This document shows, one piece after another, positions 1 through 15,283 of a stretch of DNA of 64,000 nt. Source of the DNA: Antedon mediterranea (taxonomy: Eukaryota; Animalia; Echinodermata); the NCBI RefSeq assembly GCF_964355755.1, contig NC_092673.1, positions 4,712,001 through 4,776,000 of the forward strand. Direction: 5' to 3'. The position numbers and the translations under genes are program-made. The first letter of the stretch is position 1; each line of letters opens with the position of its first letter. The notes under the pieces are model-generated. The model made no database searches, was not told the origin of the DNA, and worked only from the letters and a program-made list of their open reading frames with translations.

Positions 1-3000
1 TCATACTAGCCAACACGTCTGCCAGTGATCTGCCGTTATAATACGGGTAATCGCAATATATTTAAAGTAGATTTCGTTTATGATTTATTGAAGTGGCGAT
101 TGAGGGGCGACGCACAAAACCTGACAAATCAATTATGACGATTATCGCGATTGAATACCTCAGCGAATGCAAATACCTTTGTGTATTATGTCAATGTAGT
201 TTTTGGCGAAATTGTATAAAAATAAAACTGTAGCTACCTGTGATAAAATAATTGGTCATCGTGTGTAAACGAACTCTTGTTGTTGATTTTTTTAAAAGAA
301 TAATAATACTTGCAGATAAGATATAGATTAATATCTACCTATATAAAAATAAAGATAATCCTACTGAAATACAGGATATATAATATCGTTAGTTAGATGA
401 ATAATCTGTTGCGCATAATGCCTCACTAATCCGCATACTCAGACATCATATCATCAGGATATTAGCCTACCCGCGCCCCCTCCCAATTTCTGTAAAGATA
501 ATGTACTGTACGATCAAATCCCATCTGGAGCGGATATGTCAAATCCCTATAAAACGAATACATAGGTCTATTATAACATTTATGTTCATCGCGCGCCTAT
601 AAAACGAATTAATATACATAGGCCTATACTATTATTTACGTCCATCGCAGACCGCTACATTTAAAGTCATGGGTATTTAAATAAAATATTGAAAATAAAG
701 CTATTCGGTCCTCTATCGTACAATCTTGGATGGATCGAAGCAACGAGGTGACGATTGGTAGGAGAGAATCAACTACTACTAGTACCAGGCCAAACATTCA
801 GAAAGAAAACGGAACATGGAATTAAATTCGGTTGGGAACATAGGTTTCATAGTATTTCGAACGTGCCTTTTCCTAAAGACCGGGATTTAATGAAAAGGTA
901 ATGAACTGATTCAAAAGTCGGAAAGCAGTACACCCAACAAATGGAATCTTGCAAGTTTATATCGGTAGCGGAAAAGAGAAACAAACGAAAAGTCACGAAT
1001 CGTATTAATAATCTTAGAATGCAATAAAAATAATCTTATGCTATGACACGATTTAGAGTCTTAAAGGGTTTGGGGGTATGTTTCAGGCAATTTTACGCCT
1101 AGCTTCACAATAACTAAGCTTCATTTCACTTGATGAAAAGCAACAAGTCGATCGCTTTCTCTCAACTGAACTTGCTTTCCATTTGAATTGTACATTTACC
1201 TGTTTAGGGTTGTTCGATTACATACCTTAGGTGTCCCAGAATAACACATGGGTGTGAGAGTAGATGGTGTAGTGAAATGCATAACAAAAAACGCGGTGTC
1301 CTTTATGTAATTTATCATGTTTATTTTACCAGTCCACTGGTGAATAGCTGTTTCTATAAAAGATGACTTTTCATCAAGTTTAATAGTACGTTTTAAGGTT
1401 AAAGAAAAACTAAGCGTAATGTATACCACAAGCCTAGTGTTTACATAAACGATTCGAGAAGTGTATCGAACGCTTAGATAAACTTCAGGCTCTTATATAA
1501 CTTATGACGGCTCGGGGCAGAAACTGTTGAAATCATAGAAAACTATTGTCGCTATGATTAAAACCAATAAAATTTCTTTGATAACTTAACGGAACGAACA
1601 AATGGTGTGAATTAATAAATAATTGCAGTAGAAGGTCATTAAAAAGCTGGAATGTCCCTGGCGATAGAAATTAACATTGACTTTATATAACTTCACCAAC
1701 AAAACGAGATAATTAATTTAGAGTTCTTGTTTGACCATGGAGTAAAGATCCATGGTTTGACCATGTTAATGTTATGAAAGTGTTGACCAATGATCGTTTG
1801 TGTAATTTTGTCGCATCATATAAAGACCACTAAGCAACGTATTTATCCGTGCAAAGACTGAATTCAAATCTGTAGCCCTTGAGGGTGCTTGAATTGAGGT
1901 ATAGGTCCATGGTTTTACACATTGATGAGATCACCACAAACAATAGAGCCGAGTTGATGGGACTGGGACAAAATTAATTTTAAAATTCAAATCATGTGGG
2001 AAGCAACACCAAATGGTTGCATTAATTACTAGTTACCGGTACTGCCCCCTGTGTGTGAAACCAATCGTCCTTGGTTCAATATTCAAACTGAACAAAACAA
2101 GGAACGGGGGAAGAAAGATAAAGAGTGGAGAAAGAGTGGAGTTGTGGCTTGCTGGTTATAATGCCTGGGTTTAAGTCCCGTCACATGTCAGGATTTTTTC
2201 TAACTAAGGACAAAATTACAACTCCACTCCCAAAGACTTGTAATAAGACTTTGTTTATGTTCATCTTGTGTATGTTTGTGTTGTGACCCTCTGAGGGTCT
2301 CCCTAATGATCAGCAATTGCTGGATGGATCACCATCATTAAATATGGTCACAAAAGGTTCCTATCATAGGTTCCTATCATATATCGAGTAAATCTATCAA
2401 AGAAATGGATTAAAACCCCAATATATATACATGGCTAATAAGTGGATCAAACATATTAAAATCTTGATCATCATTTGGCTGTATATTTACACGACAAACG
2501 ATGCATTTAAGAGACAAAGCGAGTCGCGTGCAATCCACAACAGTTATGTAGACACCATGTCTTCTTTTTTTCTGAAAAGGATCAAATTCACCAATATATT
2601 AAACAATTTTGTCTTTTTCAAAACCGAACACACACAAAAAAATGTCTTAAATTTACATTTTAATAATAAAATAAACGGCGGCCAAATAAGTTTCAATTTT
2701 AAACCGATTCAAACGAATTGAACACATTATTTCGTTTGATTATTAATACATCAGTTTATTATTTTATTAAAAGGATATTTTGAGTTATCTATCTAGCTGT
2801 CTATTCTGGTAAAATCTCGGGTATAGAAAACGCGAAAGTTAAAAGAAAAACACTGATGTAGATCCGATAAGCGTCTACCGTGTTACAATACGTGTATACG
2901 TTAGTGAGTCTCATGAAGATCCTAGCCCAATTAATTGAATAGAATATACGAAGCAGAACTACACGCAATCTGGCAATAAAACTTATCACATACTAATTCT

Positions 3001-6000
3001 CTAGTACAATAGACGTTGACGGAAACAATCAGGTAAGATGTAATGAAAGCTCGCCCTTGACTTGACAAATACAGGTATAGAAATGCTCTACTCTGATTTA
3101 TTACTATTCAACCAAGACAATTAGGTAATAACTTGTACGACTTATTGGTATTTATAAAAAGCTAAAAAGCATAACGAATTGATTTAGCAACAATCAGGCT
3201 CCGCGGTGACTACACGTCGGTGCTTCGTTTAGGCTACTGATGGGGTTGCGGTGGGGCGCCAAGGACAATACGTCGGCGGCAAAGTAGTTAGTCCTTATCT
3301 ATAAATTGTGAATATTTAGTTCACTTTTATCTGGGGTTCAGGTAATTTTAAACAAAGCCATACTGTTATTATAATATTTCGAAATAATAATGACATTATT
3401 ATATTCATTTATATTATTTTATTTTGTGATTTTCGATGTCAATTCGAATAATATGCGATAGAAACGAATGCATCAATTTTGCATAATCATATTTATATCT
3501 TATGCCATACATTAAGCATAAATATATAACATGTCATAATAGGTCTCTATTTTTAAAAGATTGCAAAGTCATTGCAGTTATTATTATGCAAAAGCAATTT
3601 GTCAATCGCATTCGTTGCGAAAATGAAAAAAAATAATTATCAATATTTGCAGATTACATAAAGAGAAAAAAATATGAAATTTATAATCGAGTTAAATTGT
3701 TATAATATTGCATTATTAATAAAACATGCGGTAAATTTGTTTATTTTAAACACACTTCAGAAAAAATGTCTTTAGACACATTAGAGTATCCGTCACCTTT
3801 TTGTTTAACGTTAGGCTTGAAAATAAATTTAGCATAAAATAAGAACGAATTCTAGCCTACAAGAGTCGCCAGAAATAAATTTAGCACAAAATTAATAAAT
3901 TCTATAAGAATAGGTGGCAACAATAGAACTTCCCACGTTTGTCAAGTACAACAATTATGAGAAATCAGAAAAAGGTATATTTCAGGACTAAAATCGGTAT
4001 AAAGGGAGAAGGAAGAGACAGTTTTTATTTTAGTATGACTGTTGGTAGGCAATACGTTACGCAGTAAAGTATTATAAATTGTGAATATTATTATTATAGA
4101 GGGCGTAAAACACACATAAAAACTACTAAGAGTACAAAAATCCGGGCATTGGAGAAGCTGGAAAATTCGTATGTTTCAAAAACATTTTTGGCGTACTAAA
4201 TGTATGACAAGAAAAACATAATAAAAATTGATATTAAAATCATTTATTAAAATTAATTTTTAAAATATATTTATTTATGACTAACTTTAATGCTATAAAT
4301 AAATTATAATAGGGCTATTTATAAAGAAAATATATCGTTATCTGGATCAATTATGGACTTTTGTCCTATATTCCACACCTGTATAACTGTTGGGAAAATG
4401 TAACGATTGTTTCTAAATTATGGGAAACAAAGGTAGGGGGTGTTGTTCATAAACAACTAACGACTACTAATTAAATATTATTTTTATCACTTTAAAAACA
4501 CAATCGACTGTTACATTTGCTGGAGGGGCCCACTTGGTGCCACCCCGCGAAGCAGCTTTCCTCGATTCATGCCTTAGCATCGAACCCGTTTGAAAATATC
4601 GTGATATAGATTATAAAATTGTAAGCCGATCCGATATGATATTGAAACTAGGCTAAATCATAAAGTAATAAGTATATCATAGTTGACAAATTTGCCAGCA
4701 CTGCGACTGTGCTAACGTGTTCGTGACGCGCCGTTCACGCTGGGGCAACAGCGGCTTCAGCATAATTTCTTTCGTCGGCTTATTTGATAATATTCCGACG
4801 AAATAATGCCAATTTGATATCGTTAACTATCGTATGTAAAATGGTATAAACGAATATCATGTGTTTGTTTGTTTGGATGACATGTATGGATGCACATGTA
4901 GTTCTCGATATTTTTAAAGTTTACCCTACCAATTTCTTCCAATTCGATGACTTTTCCCCATTCGGGTACTTCTAGTACTCGAATCAATTCTAACAGTGAT
5001 ACTCCTTTGGGTCACAACTTTTCATGTTTTAGCACACGGTCCTTCCTGATTTAGGGGACACATCTAGTGAGTACCGCAGATGTCACCTATAAGCTGGGGT
5101 TCTACGTATTTATTGTTTATTGGATTTTACGACAAAAATACATACAAAAAAAAAAAAAAAATACATAAAAAAAAAAAAAAAATACATACAAAAAAAAAAA
5201 AAAATACATATCGAATTCAAATACAGTGAGGAGCTATGTGTACATCCAGATTAAAACCTGGCGCTTGTCGGCAGGAAGGGATTTCTGTAAAAATGCTTCA
5301 TAATTTGTAAAACCTGTATTTTGACCATTTTTTAAATTTTTCAATAATATGTATAGACTAAAAAGTGCTTTTCCAGGTGTAGTAAGGGATGGGAAGTTGG
5401 GGTGGAGATCCTGCGAGAGTGCATGCATTCGTACGTGCTAAATTAGTTGCGGTCTTTGCACTCTAGAACACGAGTACTAGAGTCTAACCGTTAGTTTTAT
5501 ACAGCTAGCCTTACTGATTACAATCTAATTTGAAAGACAAGATCTCAACAGTGTCGGCAGCCTTTGATTTGTCAACCCTAGACGTGTAATACAATGTTCT
5601 TTTAAAAATCTCGTCAAAATTATGAATTCTGACTCTTGTTGATTGCCATTATTAAAGTTAGTTTGATCTACGAATTAGAGATAAAAGAAAATGAAATTCG
5701 CAGGGTTAATTGAGTTAGGGTACATGGTTCAAAAGGACCGGTTTTGTCAGTTTTTAATTAAGGTTGCATTGTATCGACTGAGGCCTAGTGATTTGTTAGT
5801 TTACAAAAATATGAACCTTTAGTAACCTTAATATAAATAAATAAACAAATCTAACATTCAGTAAGTTTTAAACAAATAAACTAATATTGGCCAATTAAAC
5901 CAATAAAGTATTAAGGCCTACTGAATGTTTAAGCAGTGATAAATAAATAGATCTACGAAGTTATTAAATAATTATTTCTCTATGTTTCAAGCTTCGAAAG

Positions 6001-9000
6001 AACTTTCTATCGTTGGTTCAAGAGAGTGAACTTGAGGGCGCCAAATAGCCATGACCTGATATTTCGACGGGATTGTGTTTTCAAACATTTAATTAATTTG
6101 ACAAAAATCATTTTATTTTATATTGTAATAAAATAAAAATGTTCCTGTTTATTTATAGAATAAAGAATATCAGATTGACTACGGTATATTTTGATTATTC
6201 GTTAATATTAATAAAAGAAAAATGTATGTTGACTAGCGGTATGGAAATAGTCATATTACAGTAATACATCATGATTTAGATGGTAGACTGTAACTGTAAT
6301 TATTAATAATAACGAAGTCTCATTTAACTAATAAAATTCTTTGAATCCTAAAGCATATTATTCAGTCATCATTATTTAAAGCCCCTTTTCGGTTTCCTCA
6401 AAATAAAGAATTTATAAAAGATGATTAATCAATTCAACCTATCAGAAAAACCTAAACATTTGCCTTGAAACATAAAACAAGCGAAGATTAGAATACGCGC
6501 AAATAAGATACGACTTGGTTAGCAGCAATACAACCGCCAACATTTTATGCCTTGAAAATAAAAGGATTTAACGTAAATAAGAATTTATGGAAAATGTGAT
6601 CCGGGTAATTTCGTTTGATTTGAAAAGGTATCCTAACAGGGTAAAAGAAAAAGAAGTGGACATTTACAGATAACATTTGATTGAATACATTACTTTGTTT
6701 TGTCACTGAAATTGTTATGAAGTAAAACTGATATATTATTTCTTTCTTTTTTACAGGATCACCTTAATTTCCGCCGTAAATCCTAGAGACGAGTCCACGA
6801 TTATAAGACAAAAAAAAAAACAACGTCATCAGGCGTTTATAATATTAATCGCTAATAATCACATCATTAATTGAATGTTCAATTTCGTTCTTCGATTTTG
6901 TTACATGTATTTAATTCTCAATTTCAATTGTTGATGGTGAAGCTTAAATGCTTAGAAGCGTTTCACCTAAACGTGAATGAAACAACTTGATGATAAATAG
7001 CCTATAGTTAACAGGCAATTTGAAAATCTCTTTCACAAAAACCATCGAAAATAACGAAATCAACAGTTAAGATAAGTTATCAACAATGAAAAACGGTTCA
7101 GAAGTCAGTTGCGAGTAAATTAATTATTCTTTCGATTTCCTTAATAACAAGTCAATTACGACGGATTTACTCGGTAGAATTTACTGGTGAACAATGTAGT
7201 TACATTAAGCGCTTTGAAACCTCTCGGCGGGCCTCTCGGCGAAATAAACGCAAATAAAAATTAATTATACAATCATGATATGGAGTTTCAAGATACCCAA
7301 TTTCCATTACTGTATGAATAATTGTATGAACAGTATCTCCATCTTTGGTAATATTGCTAATTAGGCCTATATTGTCGCTTTCGCAAATGATTGACCCCTC
7401 TCCCCATGTTGAATGTATTATTATTATGCAAATTGTATTACATTTTATATCGGTAAACGATATTTAATGCAGAGAAAACGCAAAACGCAATACATTTCAT
7501 ATTTTAAACAACAATGTATTCATTTTTTAAAGTGTTTTATTTTTTTTATCATCATCTTTTAAACTTTGTTTAAATTAATACTCTATGTATTTTATATATT
7601 GCAATATCCAATGACACTAGCTTTGAAAATCTAGCTTTTTGAACCATCAATTCTTGACGCTGATATTATTTTTTTTCTCTTTTGTGGCGTTAACCACTAT
7701 TTTATTCATTTCATTCTCAAATGATCAATACAATGATTTTACACTTCATCCAAATATAATATTCCTTTGTTATTCTGATTTTTTTTCAGTCATTTTCTTG
7801 TACTTTCTTTTATCTTTTATACGATTTGAGGATATTATGGTATTAAAAATTAGCGTTAATTTTATTTTAATTAAATCAAAAACACAGTTAATTAAATATA
7901 TACCGTTTAATTAAAAAAACTAAATTGGTTGTTTCAGTATAGGCCTATCAATTAATGTTTTAAAATGTTCTTATGCATGTAAATTGATATTAATAATTAA
8001 GCTTAATTAATAATAATATTAATTAAGATTATAATTAAAAATGTTATTGTTTTTTCAAACCAAATTAATGATTATTTCAATATTTGCGATTCAACCTCGA
8101 CAAAATAAAATTAAAGTTCACATTTAAAAATAAATTTAACAAGATTAAATTAATTTAAATCCAAAAAGTTTGAATATAAGAAAACGTGGATACGATTAAA
8201 CTTATATCTATCTTGGCAACATGTTTGTAGATGATATGACCTATATTATTATTACCCTTCCATATTTTGGCTAAATGTTAAATTATTTTCACAATTAAGT
8301 CGATAAGAGTTCAATAATCATGGAGTTGTATGTGATATGTCAATAAGAAAAATATATAATTTATTTAAATTCAATGACCGTTGGCTCATTGACTTTCAAA
8401 TGAACTTAATCAACGAATTCAAGATATAATCTTAGAGATAGTATTTTAAGTGTATATTTAAGTGGATTGAGAAAACAACTCAAAATGTTTAATTGTGTTA
8501 ATACTAGAGAAGTTTCAATACGTACAAAGTTAACAATGGATGTAGGCCAGTTTAAATCACATTAGGAACTGTGGATTAAAAAAATAATAATTTCAGATAT
8601 CATAATTGCGTTAACGTACTGCAATTATACAATATTATAACCTCTATTAAGGGACACATTTGGGACCCAACAAAGTGTCCCCTACATAGGAGTTGGCATT
8701 GTTGATGAAACGGAGATCAAAGGGTGTATCTGTGGCTGCGACATTATGGTTAAAAGATAACGTTTCGCCTTGTTTACTGAGAAAGTGTGTCCCCTGAATA
8801 GGTTAATCATTTTTTAAAACTTTTATTTTTTTTAATGAAATTTACGAGGCCGGCCCAGTACGAATGATTAGAAACCTGTCCATATACGTACTGATATTCT
8901 AAAAGCAAAATATTAATACATAAATACTTGGAAATAAAATCCCGTAAATTGGACTTAAGTGCATACTTAGCCGTAGGAAGCAAATACACCCTCTGCATAA

Positions 9001-10291
9001 ATATTAATTGTAATATAATTCTGAAATCTAATGTAAAAGATGATTATGAGTATTATATATATAAATATATATGATTTTCGCTAGGCCTACATTTCTACTG
9101 TATAACTGACCTACTAACGCCGACCAGAAGACACCAACCCCTGACTCTTGTGTGTTTCGACCATGTACGGTCAATTTATTGTTATGCTTTATATATAAGG
9201 TATCATTCGATTAGAAACTTTGTACAGAATAATTGAATCATTCCTTCGGAAAATGCTTCTTTCAAACGCATTTATATAAAAGACCCAATTTTAGACCTTG
9301 TCAGATCACCACCAATTAATGTTAAATTGTGATATACGGTCCAATTAGAATTGAGGTATTTAATTTTGTAACATAATCTCTTCTATATATATAGATTTGC
9401 GGATTTGAATCTTGTAAGATAAAGTTAAATATTACGTGATTATTTTTGAATTATATCTTTAATTTAAGTTGTCGTTAAAATCCGTTAAGGTTGATATAAC
9501 CCACGTTTTCTGATATTTTTTTATTTTGCCAAGATATTCATGAACTTTAGCCTATAAAAAATAGGCTACAAAGGCAGTTATTTACCTATACCCGTCACCT
9601 TTAATATTATTAAAACAATAATTAACATTGTACTATATTCCAAGTGGTTCTAAATGTGTTTATCTAAGACGACTTTAAACCGTTCTATTGCAAGAGCATT
9701 TATCATAAAAATACTAATTTCAGTATTTTCGTTAGTTGTTTTGAGTTCATGCTGCTGTATTGATAGGTCTAAGATGGCAAAACAAATTCCATTGTAAAGA
9801 CAGTGATATTTCGAGTTGTTTGTTTGGCCTTTTGCAAACTTTTTAAATCTATCATTAACAAAAAAACACAATATTTATTTTAGAGTATTTTACACAGGAT
9901 ACATATTATTATCTATTGGAAGTCAATTCCGTTATTATATAAATTCGTATGATTGATTTGAGATTTATTGACAATAAAAGCTTAAAATGATATATATGTG
10001 AAAACAAAAATTGTATATAAATACGAAAAAAGTAAAAAAAAAAAAAATTGAATTCTAAAGATGCTACGTTAAAATAACAATTTAGCATTGTTTGCTAAAA
10101 CACCGGTGTGTTCTTTTAACTGAAAAAAAAAACAAACATTGTTTGATTCATCGTGTTAACGGTATAGGTCTTGTTTTTTTTGCATGGAAAACGTTTTAAA
10201 AAAAAATCTTGTCCGGGCCGTGGTCTTTAACTTAATGAATGGCGTTATTAGTTATTAACAGTATTCATTGTCGTAGGCGCTTAAGTAACAA

Positions 10292-10492
10292 AGCTTGGTT
10301 CTCACTAGCACCGTAACGCAATCTACGCAACGTAAGAAAATGCCCTTCCACTAATTGTGTTTTCCCCCGCCTGCGTGAAGTCAACCCTACGATGTTTGAG
10401 CACTGTTGCGTCGTCGGTTCCCACTTGTGATTACGCAATACAGCACTTTGCGTCGATACGTCGCTGCGTTGCGTTCTAGTGGGAACCAGGCT
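10292..10492. mobile_element. MITE family B (PIF/Harbinger-like), copy 1
   Basis: Terminal inverted repeats AGCTTGGTTCTCACTAG / CTAGTGGGAACCAGGCT; homologous copies at 10630 and 61346. Confidence 0.75.
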
Positions 10493-10629
10493 TTAGAGGC
10501 ATGGTGCGAACTTAAGAGTTTCACCTCCCCACAAAGTTTGGACGGATAAAAAACATGGACCGACCAACATTTTTTTTCTCTACAAGTACAATTCTATTCT
10601 CTCCCTGCCCAGTAAAGTGCTAAGCCTAA

Positions 10630-10846
10630 AGCGTGGTTCCCACTAGAACGCAACGCAACGTAACGCAGCGACGTATCGACGCAAAGTGTTATATTGCGTA
10701 ATCACAAGTGGGAACCGACGATGCAATAGTGCTGCAAACATCGTAGGTTTGATTTCACGCAGGCGGGGGCAAACACAATTATTAGAAGGGCATTTTCTTA
10801 CGTTGCGTAGATTGCGTTACGTTGCGTCGCTAGTGGGAACCACGCT
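10630..10846. mobile_element. MITE family B (PIF/Harbinger-like), copy 2, inverted relative to copy 1
   Basis: TIRs AGCGTGGTTCCCACTAG / CTAGTGGGAACCACGCT with TAA on both sides; body is the reverse complement of 10292-10492. Confidence 0.8.
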
Positions 10847-11792
10847 TAAACGGTGTGTTATATAGCCTACACAATAATCTGTTCCTTCTCCTATGTTATT
10901 AACATCACCGTACCGTTAAAGTTCTTTCTTGTATAAAATACAATATACTCCAAGGGTATACGTTAGTTCTCATCTATCTTCATCGGTTCTTTACAGATCT
11001 ACTTACTGAATTCAGAAATCTACGACCTGATAATTGGCTTTACCGAGATCTCTTTAGGCGATTATTAAACTAATCGGTTGTTTCTTTGTGTCGATTTTCC
11101 ATTGTATTGTTGTATTTTATCTGAAATAAATGTATTTAATGTGTTCTATTGTGTTGCAATCGTGTTCGAAGAGTTATAAATTCACTCCATTGATATATAT
11201 TGCCGTTGTGAGTGTGTCGCTATACCAATTAGTTACTTACATTTACTAAGAGAGAAAAAAAATCAATCTTCGCGCGGTAAAAGAAAAATGGAGAAGGAAA
11301 ATGATTTTGTATTTTACCGTGAGTCTTCATCCTCGCGCTTAGATGTAGTCACTGATCGCGTTGTAAAAATTCATGATATTATTTCTATAGTTATTTAAGT
11401 GCTTTAAATATGCAGATTGCTGTAGGCTTAGTACTAATATAGGTTTTATATACGTAGCAGTCGAATCTAAACGGTATAAACGGTAAAATTTATTCTTTTG
11501 ATTGCCTCATATCCACAGCAAACAAAAGTTGCATATTCTTAATAATGTTGTCTGATTCTAACGATAATGAAGTCAATGACTGTCAAAAATGATTAGGATT
11601 CTTAAAAACATTATACATCGGGTAGTATAGCTCAAAGCCAAAGCATTAATTCGTAACTAATAGTCTGTCAGTCGTTGAATATCGTTTGCATCGAGAGAAG
11701 AGTTGGCTTCGGGGAACGATCAATACTCAATACGTATAGTACGCTTCGTAAGGCTCGTTTGAATACATGATTTATTTCAAATTAAACGCTCA

Positions 11793-12386
11793 AACATAAC
11801 GCTTATTTAACTATGGAACGCCGTTACGTTTATTCCAATAATACACAAACGGCGTTTCATAACTGTGTGTTTCGATCAACTATGGAACGCCGTTTACGTT
11901 TGTACCAACAATACACAAACGGCGTTTCATAACTGTGTGTTTCGGTCAACTATGGAACGCAGTTTAGGTTTGTTCCAACAACACACAAACGGCCTTTCAT
12001 AACTGTGTGTTTCTGTAAATAACAGAACGCCGTTTTTAAAAAGTTTAAATTCGGATGAGAAGATCAAACATGATTTTATGTTTTTTCGTTACATTTAATC
12101 ATTTCTAAAATGACCGCAATGAAAAACATAACGCTCATTTGACTATGGAACGTAGTTTACGTTTGTTCCAACTTACACAAACGTCGTTTCATAACCGTGT
12201 GTTTCGGTCAAATATGGAACGCCGTTTACGTTTGTTTCAGCAATACACAAACGGCGTTTCATAACTGCGTGTTTCTGTAAACTACGGAACGCCATTTTTA
12301 AGTTTAAATTGGGATGACAAGATCAACATGATTTTACTTTTTTTCGTTTCATTTAATCGTTTTTAAAACAACCGCAATGGAAAACA
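11793..12386. repeat. ~70-bp tandem array arranged as two ~335-bp higher-order units
   Basis: Units starting TATGGAACGC at 11812, 11881, 11951 and 12213, plus variants at 12144 (TATGGAACGT) and 12283 (TACGGAACGC); each unit holds the internal inverted repeat TATGGAACGCCGTTT...AAACGGCGTTTCATA. Confidence 0.85.
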
Positions 12387-14919
12387 ATTTTATTTTAACA
12401 GTAAAGAAAATGTGATTACTAAATAAAAGCAATACAAAATAAACAATTTCAATGAAAAAGGACCGCCTTTCCCTCTTTTATCACAAATCGTAGGTTTGTG
12501 ATAACATTCTTTTGCCGACTAGGACTTGCTAGTTTTCCTTATTATAAATAAATAATTAAATATATCTGATGATGTTAACCGAGAATATTGATCTCTAAAT
12601 AATAGGCCTACAACATCACGAATTTATACGAAACCAACAAAATGATATTTGTACCCATTAATACTTATGAGTGATGCTGAAACGAAGTCTCGCTTGAAAT
12701 CGCTTCGTAAGTAATGAAGATTGGTAAAGAAAAATATAATTTAAAAACACAAAGCGCTAATGATGCCATCTATCTTACAGATTTAATTCGTATTTATCTA
12801 ACGCCATTGTATTTCCTTAATAATTTCAAATAATCGTTAGTAATCTTATTGAAAACCATACGGCAAAATACGTCTCTTCAGGCGCGCAGTAAACGAATGA
12901 TATATGATATCAAAAGCTAAACTTGTTTTCTAATTCGACGTTAGATATCTTATACAACGAAACAATCAAAACGCACTGAAGTTTAAGGGCTTTCAAGATT
13001 GTTATTAATTTTCTTATTAAACATTCGTAGAGTGTTCTATAATTTGACGATATCAAAGCCTTAAGCGCCTAGCTTTAAAAGAAAATAAAGCACTCACTCA
13101 AAAGGCTAATGAAAAGAGATTAGATACTGGTAAACACTAAAAGGGTCGCTAGTCACAGTTCCTTAAAGGTATATATATAAGAGCATGCTACGCGGTGCTA
13201 CATCTTTAAGCGAATTTCCGGCTCAATATAACAAAGAGATGATGGCTTATTTCTTAGTAGATTGAGTCTTGATTTTCTATTTGGACATTTCAGACAACCA
13301 ATTAAGTTGTCTTAAACAATTTAAATATGGATCTACAATTTGATTATATTGCCTTTTAGAAGCAGTATTACGATTCTATTACATTCACTAAAATTGCCAT
13401 TGCAATTCATCAATAAACCGCGCAGTAGATGGTAATGAATATATTCGTTCGAAAGATGATGTTTTCGCAAGTAGGTTAAAATCGTGCTTTTTAAATATGG
13501 GTTTGCATTAACTTGCTCTATCAACTGACATTAGTAATATTTAAATAATCAAACTAAATCACTCTCCTTTTTTGCGGCGATTAGATTGTAAAATGATACT
13601 AAGTTGTCATTATATTTTTTTTTGATTTATCTCTTTCTTCTTCTCTCCTTATAAGTAAATTTCGATAAATCCATCAACGGTTCTATTTGTTTGAATCATA
13701 TATACATATTACATACATTAAAAAAATACATATATAGTCTAATCATAGATTTAATAGTCAACACAAACAACTAAATATATAGTTACATCGTGAACATATA
13801 AAAATACAGTGCTCTATTAATGGGACATATTTGGGCCACACTGTCCCCTTATATTGTCCGACATCCGATTCCTCCACTTGAACTTACTAAGGTAAGAATT
13901 TAAAAATACAGTTGAACCCCTATTAAAGGGACACCTTTGGGCCAAAATGTACCCTTAATTTTTTGATTTCATAAATTTGTTCATTCAAATTCATTCATTT
14001 GTTCGATTCACGCCTTAAACATTTTCATTGGTGATTGTATCGGCTCATTATAAATGTTTAAAAATAATTACTATCATAAATATTATTATTGTAAAACATA
14101 GTGTACGATTTCTAGATTGGAAAAATTCTTCTTTTAATATAGTAGTTTAAATCGTTTTTTAAAAATATATTGTTATATTGTGATTTAATCTTAATGTTTT
14201 AATTTTTAAAATTAATTTTACATCAAAGGAGATCGAATGAAAACAAAATGTTGGAATGCTTTTTGTTTTATTTATAAACCAGTTCTACGTGTTTTCCTTA
14301 TTTGTATATATCATATCATATGTTGATAAGGATCACAGTACTACGGTAGAGGATTGTAAACACTCACGAAAGGTATTTAAACGTGTAGTAATCACTGAAT
14401 GATAGGCAATCGATTTCATTATTATTCCAATATAGCGTGTGATTAAACTGTATAATAAACTCTCTGCATTAATCGTGTTTAAAGAGCAAATCTCTAAACT
14501 TGGTTTTTACTCAATCGCATGCATTTTAATTTCTAAATCTCCCTAATTGGATTAGTTTATAAAACATCAATTCCATTCTGTAATTGAGGAATCACTTATT
14601 CAATGTGAATAAAATATTAGAACAAACTATGTGAACGTGTGCTTTGGAAACAGCTTCAATATAATCTGCATATTTAAATAAAATAATAATGTCAATATAC
14701 AGTGAGCCAATACTAGTTGACAATTACATAAAGATATATTGTCCCCATAAAAAAACACCATTTTTTAATGTCACATAATGTTGACCAATAAATATTATAT
14801 AATATAATATATTAACTATGTTCGATTATTCATTTGAAATTGTTTATGGCATGCTGATCAATATTTTATCCTATATACACTATAACTATGTTTATGTTGT
14901 ATTGTTTTATGTTTTAAAC

Positions 14920-14988
14920 CTGTTAGTGGCGGTAATTATCGCTGTTGGTTTTGATTGAATAAAATAAAATAAAATAAAATAAAATAAA
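14920..14988 (+). mobile_element. 3' tail of a non-LTR retroposon with (TAAAA)n end
   Basis: TGTTAGTGGCGGTAATTATCGCTGTTGGTT..ATTGAATAAAATAAAAT recurs in reverse complement at about 48668-48728. Confidence 0.55.
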
Positions 14989-15283
14989 TACAAATTATCT
15001 ATACTGATAGTTCACTTCAATAAAAAATTGACCCGGAAAAAAATCTTTTTTTTTTAGAAAATAAATTTATTAAAACTACAAAATTTAAAGTTTGATTTTT
15101 ATTCTTTATTTTGAATTTGGGGACAAAGCCATTAGACTAAGACATGCACAACATAATATCAAACACACGGTGTTTGGACACAAAAAAAAAACCGAGCTCG
15201 TAGCGGATGATCCTGAAACATTGAGACTGTAAAAGTTGAAAATAATGAAATGTGGAAAAGGCAAAAAAAACAAAAACAACTAA

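Noticed and set aside
5415-5465. miRNA-like hairpin AGAGTGCA...TGCACTCT
   Set aside because: Only a short outer stem pairs, and I recognise no mature miRNA sequence.
11793-12386. Palindromic repeats resembling a CRISPR array
   Set aside because: Sequences between the palindromes are also repeated, so there are no spacers.
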